Assembly: GCF_018336915.1 (NCBI RefSeq)
Contig: NZ_CP064926.1
Span: forward strand, 120,001-152,000
DNA: 32,000 nt
From: Acaryochloris marina S15
GTDB taxonomy: Bacteria > Cyanobacteriota > Cyanobacteriia > Thermosynechococcales > Thermosynechococcaceae
Direction: 5' to 3'
How positions within the stretch are numbered: the first letter of the stretch is position 1; each line of letters begins with the position of its first letter. The notes below the pieces were generated by a model. The model saw only the letters and a list, made by a program, of their open reading frames with translations, searched no databases and was not told the origin of the DNA. Made by a program: the position numbers and the translations under genes. Below, in pieces: positions 24,574 through 32,000 of the stretch.

Positions 24574-24996
24574 ATGGCTACCTTTTACTGGGTTAGGGCT
24601 TTGTCAGGAGGTATCCTAATCGGTCTGAGTGCAACAATCTTACTACTCTTCAATGGCCGCATTGCTGGTGTGAGCGGTATGGTTAATGGTGCGATCAAGC
24701 ATACTCCCCACGAACGCTGGCGTTGGACCTTTATCTTGGGGCTCTTCATCGGAGGGGCTCTCTACGAATATGTTTTGGCTCCCCAACCCACACCCACCTC
24801 TATTTTTTCTCCTAGGATGATGATCATTGGCGGATTTTTGGTAGGTTTTGGGACCCGTATGGGGAATGGCTGTACCAGTGGTCACGGTGTTTGTGGTTTA
24901 GGACGCTTGTCTGTGAGATCTCTGGCAGCAGTGCTGACATTTATCTTGACTGCAATATCAACGGTTTTAGTGACCCACCAGGTATTAGCAAAGTGA
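24574..24996 (+). CDS. YeeE/YedE-family sulfur-compound transporter, half-size subunit 1
   Basis: Carries the GNGCTSGHGVCG motif characteristic of YeeE/YedE and has four hydrophobic segments. AAGGAG lies upstream of the ATG at 24574. The track ORF begins at TTG 24556, overlapping the SulP stop. Confidence 0.85.
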   Translation: MATFYWVRALSGGILIGLSATILLLFNGRIAGVSGMVNGAIKHTPHERWRWTFILGLFIGGALYEYVLAPQPTPTSIFSPRMMIIGGFLVGFGTRMGNGCTSGHGVCGLGRLSVRSLAAVLTFILTAISTVLVTHQVLAK

Positions 24997-25027
24997 TGGT
25001 GTATCTCTAAGTTCAAGAGGCAGTGGT

Positions 25028-25480
25028 ATGAAACAACAACTTATTACCTTAATCTCAGGAATATTCTTCGGACTGGGTTTGGGAATATCTCAAATGATTG
25101 ATCGCGAGCGAGTCCTCGGTTTTCTGGATGTAACGGGGACTTGGGACCCCACGCTTCTATTTACTTTAGGGGGAGCTGTTGGTGTAACAATCCTCACTTT
25201 TAGATGGGTTCTGGGACGTTCCACGCCTATCTTTAGCCCTAAGTTTTATCTGCCCACTAAACAGGCTATCGATGGGCAGTTACTTATGGGATCAGCTATC
25301 TTTGGCATTGGTTGGGGAATTGCAGGTTACTGTCCTGGTCCTGGCCTAGTCGCCTTAGTTCTAGGAATTTGGAATCCATTCTTGTTTGTCATTTCGCTAA
25401 TTTTTGGATCATTAGTTTACCAATGGATTACAACTCAGCGAGTAAATTGCTCCCAAAAAGTTCCTACCCCAAAGCCCTAA
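25028..25480 (+). CDS. YeeE/YedE-like membrane protein, half-size subunit 2
   Basis: GIFFGLGLGISQM and GIGWGIAGYCPGPG motifs. It is hydrophobic throughout and immediately follows subunit 1. Confidence 0.8.
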   Translation: MKQQLITLISGIFFGLGLGISQMIDRERVLGFLDVTGTWDPTLLFTLGGAVGVTILTFRWVLGRSTPIFSPKFYLPTKQAIDGQLLMGSAIFGIGWGIAGYCPGPGLVALVLGIWNPFLFVISLIFGSLVYQWITTQRVNCSQKVPTPKP

Positions 25481-25639
25481 AATGTTTAGAGCCATTTCCA
25501 TTATTCATAACAATCGCTGACTATCTTCATGGGGTGATTCATTCGGAGGATCGGTAAAATATAAGATTTAGTTTTTCCGGCAGGGAGAGTGATACCTAAT
25601 CGCTCTTAGTCATTGGATAAAAAATCTTCTTAGCCTATT

Positions 25640-25705
25640 CTTTTTTAAAATATGAGACTTGCTTTTACAAGTCTTTTTTAAAATATGAGACTTGCTTTTA
25701 CAAGT
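25640..25705 (+). repeat. perfect tandem duplication of a 33-bp terminator-like unit
   Basis: CTTTTTTAAAATATGAGACTTGCTTTTACAAGT occurs at 25640-25672 and again at 25673-25705. Each unit contains the hairpin GACTTG-CTTTTA-CAAGT(C). The first hairpin is followed by the T-run of the second unit. Confidence 0.9.
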
Positions 25706-25812
25706 GTGGATATCTGAAGCAGTGATGAGGATATCTGGGCAGGCTAGATCGTGGAGGTTCTAGTTAGAGTGTAGTTAGATCATCACTACTCCTTAAGAGG
25801 CTGGAGAACACT

Positions 25813-26010
25813 ATGAAATCTAACAAGCCGACAGTTTTTATCGATGAGAATCAGGTTTCTCATAAACTGGAGAATTCTGTGAAATTAAATCAGAAAACAG
25901 ATGTTGTTGATGAGAATGATCTGTCCCATATTGATCCAGCGACTATTGCAGTCATTATGCTCGCATTATTCTTTATACCCTTAATCTTGTCTGGTTTTTT
26001 CTTTCAGTAA
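25813..26010 (+). CDS. small hypothetical protein with C-terminal TM helix
   Basis: 65-aa track ORF with GGAGA upstream of the ATG. The C-terminus IAVIMLALFFIPLILSGFFF is hydrophobic. Confidence 0.35.
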   Translation: MKSNKPTVFIDENQVSHKLENSVKLNQKTDVVDENDLSHIDPATIAVIMLALFFIPLILSGFFFQ

Positions 26011-26111
26011 GGTTCTTTGAAAGAATAATGAATCGAGAACCTGTAAACAAGTCAGGGGAAATACCACTTGATGCTGTGATTCAAGATCTCAACCAAGGAT
26101 AGGTGATTAGT

Positions 26112-26618
26112 ATGTTGGCTACTTCCAATAGAAAGGTAAAATCCTTTGGAATACTGGCCTTTATTACCATCTTAATAATGGGGTCTGCCAGTGCTGAAAT
26201 ACCTAATTCTAAAAACCTGACACTTGCTCGTGATTCTGAGCCGACTAGCCATTATCTCAAAGGATATATTAGAGGTCAGTTTGGCTTACACGATATTGTC
26301 GGTTCCCGAGATTCGAAAAACAATCTTTGCTTCGGCTATGGTTCTTACGATCCAGATCATTTAATTACTCTAAAACAGCGCTTTCCAAGCCTGGTATTAC
26401 ATGTAAAAAGTAAGTACCCCGATACAACTATTGTAGTTAGAGGACCGGATCAAAAACTTTACTGTGCAGACGATTCTTTGAATGGGAAAGCTGCTCAATT
26501 AGAGCTGAAGAATCTTAAACTTGGAACATACCAAGTCTGGGTTGGGGCCTTTGATCAGGGGGATTCTTTTAGGTATATGCTCAAGGTAAACCAGACAGAT
26601 ACAGTATCGCAGAATTAA
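26112..26618 (+). CDS. secreted hypothetical protein
   Basis: Signal peptide: MLATSNRKVKSFGILAFITILIMGSASA. The mature part has paired Cys residues and a DTTIVVRGPDQKLYCADDS...GTYQVWVGAFDQG pattern. I prefer the start at ATG 26112 over GTG 26103. Confidence 0.55.
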   Translation: MLATSNRKVKSFGILAFITILIMGSASAEIPNSKNLTLARDSEPTSHYLKGYIRGQFGLHDIVGSRDSKNNLCFGYGSYDPDHLITLKQRFPSLVLHVKSKYPDTTIVVRGPDQKLYCADDSLNGKAAQLELKNLKLGTYQVWVGAFDQGDSFRYMLKVNQTDTVSQN

Positions 26619-26667
26619 ATTTTGATTTTCTGGGCAATATTTTGTTGAAGCACTACGTTTAGTTTAT

Positions 26668-27285
26668 TCATCTAGATGAAGTCTGTTGTAAGACTCGGGC
26701 TACCGCTGTCTGAACGGTTGCTTGATTCATCATAAAACCGTGGATTCCCGGAAATGTTAAGGGTTGATCGGATTCCAGGAGACGAGTTTCATTCAGAGCG
26801 ACGAGCCCATCGTTCAACTCCATCCCAAAGGGGCTCCAGGGACCACGAGGACCGCTGGTACCCGCAATGATGGTATATGAAGCATGCAAATCGGGCAGAG
26901 ATGCATAAAATTCCGAGCTAGCGAGATTGGCACCACTGGTGCCAGAGAACCATTGGAAGGGCCATAGATTCCAGGCTAATTTTGCTAAGCGTGGAGGTTG
27001 ATTAGGAGTGCCCAGCATGACAATATGACGGGGGAGATTTCTGGATAGAGCTAGGGCTGAGCGGGTCAATATCCCACCTAGTGAATGGGCTACAACCCCG
27101 TAGGGGCCATGAGTTGATAACAGTCGGAATCGATCTCGTAAACGCGTTACGATCTGTTCGTATGATTCAGCAAAGGCAGTGTAGCTAAAAAATTCTGTTT
27201 GATAGCCAGACTGATCGAGACAATATGAAAGGCCCATCATTGACATCGGTGTCCTACCCAGGCCATGAACTAATAGGATCTTCAT
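26668..27285 (-). CDS. alpha/beta-fold hydrolase (small lipase/esterase-like)
   Basis: MKILLVHGLGRT, the nucleophile elbow AHSLGG, a later NDGLV (Asp) and GIHGF (His). It is the last gene of the minus-strand operon. Confidence 0.8.
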   Translation of the reverse strand: MKILLVHGLGRTPMSMMGLSYCLDQSGYQTEFFSYTAFAESYEQIVTRLRDRFRLLSTHGPYGVVAHSLGGILTRSALALSRNLPRHIVMLGTPNQPPRLAKLAWNLWPFQWFSGTSGANLASSEFYASLPDLHASYTIIAGTSGPRGPWSPFGMELNDGLVALNETRLLESDQPLTFPGIHGFMMNQATVQTAVARVLQQTSSR

Positions 27286-27340
27286 TGTGTTGCCCTGCCC
27301 CATATATCGGGGATTAGCATTGATGTCTCTACTCTAACAA

Positions 27341-28267
27341 TTATGTCTTTGAGTCAACTAATGCATCTAATGCTTGTTGCATTTGGGCTTGGACCATTTC
27401 ATAGCAAGCAGTAACGTAGGTGCGATCGCGCGCTGCTGCTACGCCATGCCGCTCAAACACAATGGGTGGGCAAACTCGAGTTTGAATAGACATAGGGAAT
27501 GGAATATTGGGTAAGGGACCAAAAGATAGTCCCCAAGGTAGACCAAGATAAACAGGGAACACATCTGGATCAATCCCACCCAGCCAGGGCATTCCCCACT
27601 CATGCAGTTGGTTGATAGCTTTGTAAAAATCGGCCAGCACAATCAGAGTCTCATGGGCACCGTTTGAGACCAACGGCACAATTGGAACTTTTTCCTCCAG
27701 CGCTAACTTAATGAACCCCTTGCGCCCAGCCAGGTGAATTTGGTGGCGTTGACAATAAGGACGAAACACATCCTGTGCCCCACCGGGATACACTAGAACG
27801 CTAGCCCCTTTCCTTAGAGCTTTGATCGCCATCTTAGGGTGAGCCATGATACTGCCAATCTGACCCGCCAGTTGGGCTAAAGGAGGGCATGATTGCTGAA
27901 ATGCCTGCCAAATCCCTGGATGCAGCAGCCCATAAATGGGCCGTTCAGCCCCAAACTGTCTGCACCAGTCATACATGCTCATATACATATCAGGTGCTGC
28001 AAGTCCACCGTTATGGGAACCAACCATCAAAACGGGGCCATCGGAAGGAACATGATGCCAACCACTAGTTTGGACATGAAAGTAATGATGATAGAGCCAG
28101 TTCAACAGTGGCATCAATTGTTCGATAACCTTCGGATCACGATAGTCGAGGGACCACCCCAGAGGAGCAGCATGGCTGTTAGCTTTCTTCAACATAGAGA
28201 CATGGTGTGTGTGATTGTTGTCCCCATCCACCTGTAGGGAGAGGGAATTGTAACTGACGCAAACCAC
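27341..28267 (-). CDS. PlsC/LPLAT-superfamily acyltransferase
   Basis: LMVGSHNGGLAAPD, VLVYPGGAQDVFRP and EEKVPIVPLVSNGAHE correspond to acyltransferase motif blocks I, III and IV as I know them. GTG start at 28267, 3 nt after the upstream stop; alternative ATG at 28195. Confidence 0.7.
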   Translation of the reverse strand: MVCVSYNSLSLQVDGDNNHTHHVSMLKKANSHAAPLGWSLDYRDPKVIEQLMPLLNWLYHHYFHVQTSGWHHVPSDGPVLMVGSHNGGLAAPDMYMSMYDWCRQFGAERPIYGLLHPGIWQAFQQSCPPLAQLAGQIGSIMAHPKMAIKALRKGASVLVYPGGAQDVFRPYCQRHQIHLAGRKGFIKLALEEKVPIVPLVSNGAHETLIVLADFYKAINQLHEWGMPWLGGIDPDVFPVYLGLPWGLSFGPLPNIPFPMSIQTRVCPPIVFERHGVAAARDRTYVTACYEMVQAQMQQALDALVDSKT

Positions 28268-28270
28268 CGT

Positions 28271-29482
28271 CTAGCCAATCAGCTGAGCAACTCGGAGGGC
28301 TGAGGTAATTGCCCCTTCGTGCAATCCATCTTCTAGATAAGCACCTGCGTGGTACGTGTTGTTCTCTCCATTGGTCTCCACCACTTCATCACGATAGTGG
28401 AAGGACTCAACCGTATACAGTGGAGTGTGGTGCTCTTGAACATGAAGAACTTTATCCTTGTCAATCAGGCTGGTTAAATCAAAGGCTAAACTATAGCGCA
28501 CAGAAGATGTTATTCCGCACAGCTGATTGAGAAATGCATTGTAACCCCAGCCTTTATCAGTTTGAAAAAAATCAAACTCAGAGGGTTTCACAATACCGTA
28601 GCGGTCGTATATGGCTGTATCTGAATGGAGAAACGTGCGAATTCGGTTTGCCCGCCAACTAGAAAAGCGTTGACGTTCTGCTAACGTAGGATCTGCCAAT
28701 AACTCTATGACTTGATCGGGAGGAGTTGCAAACACAACTTTATCAAACTGCTGCTGTCCCTCTGGTAACGTAATGGTAATACCATCAAGTGATCTCGTAA
28801 TCGCCTGAATCTTAGCATTAAGATACAGGTCTCCCCTAAACAGGGCCAAGATTCTCTCAATATAAGTATAGACACCGCCTTTAATTCTGAACCATTTCAA
28901 GAAGATATATTGGCGGAGTGCTGGGATTGCCAGCTCTGCAGGAAAGTCATCAATGCTTTCAAACGGCATGGAATAACTGTACATGGTCAATAACTTAAGC
29001 CAGCAGTTCCGAATACAGGGCCGGGGTAGATGTTGAGACATCGGTTGATCGTAAAAATCCTGCATTTTGGGGAACTGCATTCTCACCCAGAATCCAGCTG
29101 AGCGGGCATATAGCGTATCCAGTCTCAGATATTCATAGAATCGCCGCAGTCCTATGAAATTTTTGCGAATCATCCTAGCTGAAAGAAAGTGACGACCATT
29201 TTGGAGGAACAAGGCAGACCCAATATCAACAGGTTCCAACTCGACCTCCAGCGTTTGCATTAGTGTGAGGAAGTTGTGAAAGGCTGCCGGAAATTCCAGG
29301 ACACCATTTTCCAAGATTTGATCACAGTCCGAATGGTTAGGCTGCACATTTTTGTTCAGGGTGCGGATGTGTCCACCGAGGACAGGCTGGCGCTCAAAGA
29401 CCGTAACGTGGTGTCCTTGTCGGTTTAGCAAGTAGGCTGTAACCATACCGCTAGCCCCACCGCCAATAACTGCGATTCTCAT
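28271..29482 (-). CDS. FAD/NAD(P)-binding amine-oxidase-like oxidoreductase
   Basis: N-terminal Rossmann motif MRIAVIGGGASGMVTAYLLNRQGHHVTVFERQPVLGGH, and C-terminal NTYHAGAYLEDGLHEGAITS. I prefer the ATG at 29482 with AAGGAAGGA upstream. The track ORF extends to 29584 and would overlap the upstream gene. Confidence 0.8.
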   Translation of the reverse strand: MRIAVIGGGASGMVTAYLLNRQGHHVTVFERQPVLGGHIRTLNKNVQPNHSDCDQILENGVLEFPAAFHNFLTLMQTLEVELEPVDIGSALFLQNGRHFLSARMIRKNFIGLRRFYEYLRLDTLYARSAGFWVRMQFPKMQDFYDQPMSQHLPRPCIRNCWLKLLTMYSYSMPFESIDDFPAELAIPALRQYIFLKWFRIKGGVYTYIERILALFRGDLYLNAKIQAITRSLDGITITLPEGQQQFDKVVFATPPDQVIELLADPTLAERQRFSSWRANRIRTFLHSDTAIYDRYGIVKPSEFDFFQTDKGWGYNAFLNQLCGITSSVRYSLAFDLTSLIDKDKVLHVQEHHTPLYTVESFHYRDEVVETNGENNTYHAGAYLEDGLHEGAITSALRVAQLIG

Positions 29483-29498
29483 AGCGTTTAGTCCTTCC

Positions 29499-31025
29499 TT
29501 AAATGACATCACCGGATAATCTTTGGTAAAGCAGTGCCCCCGTCCAAAAAGTGGGGGCAAAGCCTGGATAACCTGAGGAAGCATTGCAGAAATAAAAGTT
29601 CTGCAATGAGCTGCGGTGAGTGAGCCGCCCCAGACCCATATTTTTGGGTGTTAAGCTTGAGCCATAGGAATTCCCTTGGGGACAATGGCAAAACCGCTCG
29701 TTGGTAGTGGGGCTACCCGCGATCTGAAAAACGAGGTGATCTCTCAAATTGGGAATGTAATATTTTTCAACCACATCAAGAATTTGGTTTAGAATCTCTT
29801 CTTTTTTCTGGGTGTACAGTTTGCGATCATGTTCTAGCAGCTCTCGGAAATACTCATAGTTGGCCACCGTTAAAAACTCGATCACTTGGCAATTCTCAGG
29901 GCAGTCGCGGTGATCATCTGTTAGGAGTGTTGGGGTTGTAATGGCAAAGCTGGGCTGAGAAAAATCATGATTAACGTACATGCGCTTAAAGGCTTCATTG
30001 AGATTGGTTACCTCCGTATGGAACATGTTCCACTTGCCAAATCCGTAATCCTGTAGATCTAGATCTTTCACGACACAGTAGGCCATGAAATTTGAGGGGG
30101 AATAGTCATAGCTCAACTGCTTCTGGACTGATTTTGAAAACTTCTCAATTCCAATCATCTTGGCTGCCTTTTGTGGATCCATGTTGCAAATGATCGTATC
30201 GGCGGTGAAATCTTGGGTGACGTGAGTGGTGTGATCGATAGTCTGTACACCGTTCACTGTCCTATCGGTTACTAAGAAGTTCACCACTTCTTGATTGAGT
30301 AAGACCTGACCACCATTCGATTCAATGACAATAACAAGGGCATTGATAACGGCTTCAAAATGCTGGGTAGGATAAAATGCCCCTTCTTGATAGCTCGTAA
30401 ATAGAATGACCCACGCATAGAACGAAAGCTGATTTGGAGGTAGTAAAAAATCAGGCCACTGTAAGGCTAAGAGGGTCTGTGCCGCTTCGGGGAGCCTAAA
30501 ACGATCAAACACATTCTGTAGAGTGCTATTGACATACTGAGCAGCTATAGTGCTCTGCCAGCAATGCCGCAGCAGGTTGAGAGGCCGCACTGGAGGCGAT
30601 AGGATTTTAAGACCAGCCCGAACTTCGTATACTTCTTTGATAAATTGTTGGATTGACTGCTGATGTTTGGGGAAAAGGTCTGAGAGGCGCTGAATAAGCG
30701 TTGATACATCTGAGGTGATATCCAGGGCATAACCCGGCATTCTCATATGGTCAAAACCATGAAGGTCATACCGTTCAAAGGTAATCTCCTTTTCGAGGCC
30801 CAATTTTTTGAGCACACGGTTTACTGTATACCCTTCGCCACAATCCCAAACATAGTGAAGTTGAGCATTAAAGGTATATTTTTTCGCCATCGTAAAAGTG
30901 TGGCCGAATCCTCCTGGGTGCTCGTGAGATTCTAAGATTTTGACTTTTTTGCCAGCGTTAGCCATCAGTGCTCCAAACACTAGAGAAGATAAGCCACTTC
31001 CGACGATTAAGTAATCTACAGTCAT
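29499..31025 (-). CDS. phytoene-desaturase/RetSat-like FAD-dependent oxidoreductase
   Basis: MTVDYLIVGSGLSSLVFGALMANAGKKVKILESHEHPGG is a dinucleotide-binding motif. At 508 aa it has CrtI-family size and layout. It is the first gene of the minus-strand operon. Confidence 0.75.
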   Translation of the reverse strand: MTVDYLIVGSGLSSLVFGALMANAGKKVKILESHEHPGGFGHTFTMAKKYTFNAQLHYVWDCGEGYTVNRVLKKLGLEKEITFERYDLHGFDHMRMPGYALDITSDVSTLIQRLSDLFPKHQQSIQQFIKEVYEVRAGLKILSPPVRPLNLLRHCWQSTIAAQYVNSTLQNVFDRFRLPEAAQTLLALQWPDFLLPPNQLSFYAWVILFTSYQEGAFYPTQHFEAVINALVIVIESNGGQVLLNQEVVNFLVTDRTVNGVQTIDHTTHVTQDFTADTIICNMDPQKAAKMIGIEKFSKSVQKQLSYDYSPSNFMAYCVVKDLDLQDYGFGKWNMFHTEVTNLNEAFKRMYVNHDFSQPSFAITTPTLLTDDHRDCPENCQVIEFLTVANYEYFRELLEHDRKLYTQKKEEILNQILDVVEKYYIPNLRDHLVFQIAGSPTTNERFCHCPQGNSYGSSLTPKNMGLGRLTHRSSLQNFYFCNASSGYPGFAPTFWTGALLYQRLSGDVI

Positions 31026-31560
31026 AGAGCCCTCTCAAATGAACTTCAGATGAGCCAGACACCTGGAACAGTAAAGACTAATATTGAAGAACTTATGAGG
31101 CAGGCAATTTTTTAGTTACTGCTAATGCTTACGAGTTCATTGAACAAGGGGTATTCATTAGTAACATTGTGATTCTTTTCCATAAAAGGCTGATGGGGTT
31201 GAGTTAAGGATATAGTCCCAGCATTGCCATATCTATAAATACACTACTGGGTAGTGTTTGACCTCTGGTAGTGCCTTCACAAATTTCTCAATATTATTTC
31301 CTAAGTTGAAAGGTAGCTCTTAATGGTAGGGAGCTATAGACTCTTTGGGAGCGGGTCATGACTGAACAAACTATTCAAGGAACCCAGCAAATCCCTCAAG
31401 AGCAGTGGTTAGCTTTTTGCGATCACCTGCGCCCAAGACTGTATAGGTTGAAAAAGATATCTCAGGGCTGGTGCTTGCAATAAATATTTAGGCTCACAAC
31501 GGTACTCAGACGATCTTGAGTTTGAGTTAGTGATCAAATGGTGAATCAGAGGTTACCCCC

Positions 31561-32000
31561 ATGTCACATCATCCAACGCCGAGAAAACGAATTGCTATTT
31601 TACTAGAGAACCAGTTTGAAGCTTCTGAATATCAAGTTCCAAGTACTGCATTGCGTAAAGCAGGGGCCACTGTCTCGGTTATCGGTTCCCGAATGAATGA
31701 GGGGTACCAAGACAGGCATGGTACCGTCACAGTCAAACCTGTTGCTACATCAACTGAGGTGAGGGCTGAGGATTTTGACGCCATCGTTATACCAGGGGGC
31801 CACATTCGTGCCAACCCTAATATGGTCCGGTTGGTTTCTCAAGCAATAGATCAGGGTACCTGGGTAGCGGCTGTGGGCTATGGTCCTCAGATACTCATCG
31901 AAGCAGATCGACTTCGCAATAAGCATGCAACGAGTGCTCGATCGATTCATAAAGATCTCCAAAATGCTGGTGCGATATACGTCAATGAACCTGTTGTCGT
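31561..32000 (+). CDS. DJ-1/PfpI-family protein lacking the nucleophile Cys (partial; 3' end beyond right edge)
   Basis: Hand translation from ATG 31561: MSHHPTPRKRIAILLENQFEASEYQVPSTALRKAGATVSVIG...FDAIVIPGGH...WVAAVGYGPQILIEADRL. It aligns to the PfpI pattern ...ASICHGPQILI..., with GY in place of CH. It is not in the ORF track because it has no in-window stop. Confidence 0.75.
   Translation, partial: MSHHPTPRKRIAILLENQFEASEYQVPSTALRKAGATVSVIGSRMNEGYQDRHGTVTVKPVATSTEVRAEDFDAIVIPGGHIRANPNMVRLVSQAIDQGTWVAAVGYGPQILIEADRLRNKHATSARSIHKDLQNAGAIYVNEPVV

Noticed and set aside
25640-25705. Possible CRISPR array, suggested by 33-bp direct repeats
   Set aside because: There are only two copies, they are directly abutting with no spacer, and no cas genes are present in the window. 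It is a simple tandem duplication.
27893-28237. 114-aa plus-strand ORF
   Set aside because: It is antisense to the acyltransferase gene within a tightly packed minus-strand operon. Its product has no motifs.
31358-31483. 41-aa ORF (MTEQTIQGTQQIPQEQWLAFCDHL...) resembling the N-terminus of DUF5335-type proteins
   Set aside because: The similarity rests on memory of a short IP..W..F.D motif only. The ORF stops early and I could not find a continuation in another frame. It may be a gene fragment, but the evidence is too weak to annotate.

Overview
This window looks like an accessory, plasmid- or chromid-like region of a cyanobacterium. Supporting evidence: four HIP1 octamers (GCGATCGC), hicAB and parAB maintenance modules, a wrecked IS256-family transposase, and NACHT proteins with the tail typical of cyanobacteria. 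Left third (1-13 kb): two STAND/NACHT NTPases, one of which runs off the left edge and is absent from the ORF track. It also holds a small RHH regulator with repeated operator-like 15-mers, a ~0.75 kb ORF-free stretch containing a tRNA-like T-arm/acceptor minihelix, and several orphan genes bounded by two related intrinsic terminators. The same third carries a 794-aa acidic orphan with an internal ~84-aa duplication and an AT-rich DUF2806-type gene. Middle: hicAB, then parAB with two copies of a 22-bp palindrome (candidate parS), one of them inside parB. Right half: a co-directional block of nifJ (PFOR), lipoprotein, persulfide dioxygenase, rhodanese, SulP and a split YeeE/YedE pair. This is followed by a minus-strand 4-gene operon (two FAD oxidoreductases, an acyltransferase, an alpha/beta hydrolase) and an edge-truncated DJ-1/PfpI-like gene lacking the nucleophile Cys. 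I saw no rRNA, no bona fide tRNA and no CRISPR array. The best novelty candidates are the orphan acidic repeat protein and its neighbours, the RHH plus membrane-anchored NACHT pair with the adjacent ORF-free structured region, the PFOR-sulfur block, and the uncharacterised 4-gene lipid/isoprenoid-type operon. All family calls rest on motifs recognised by eye; no searches were run.
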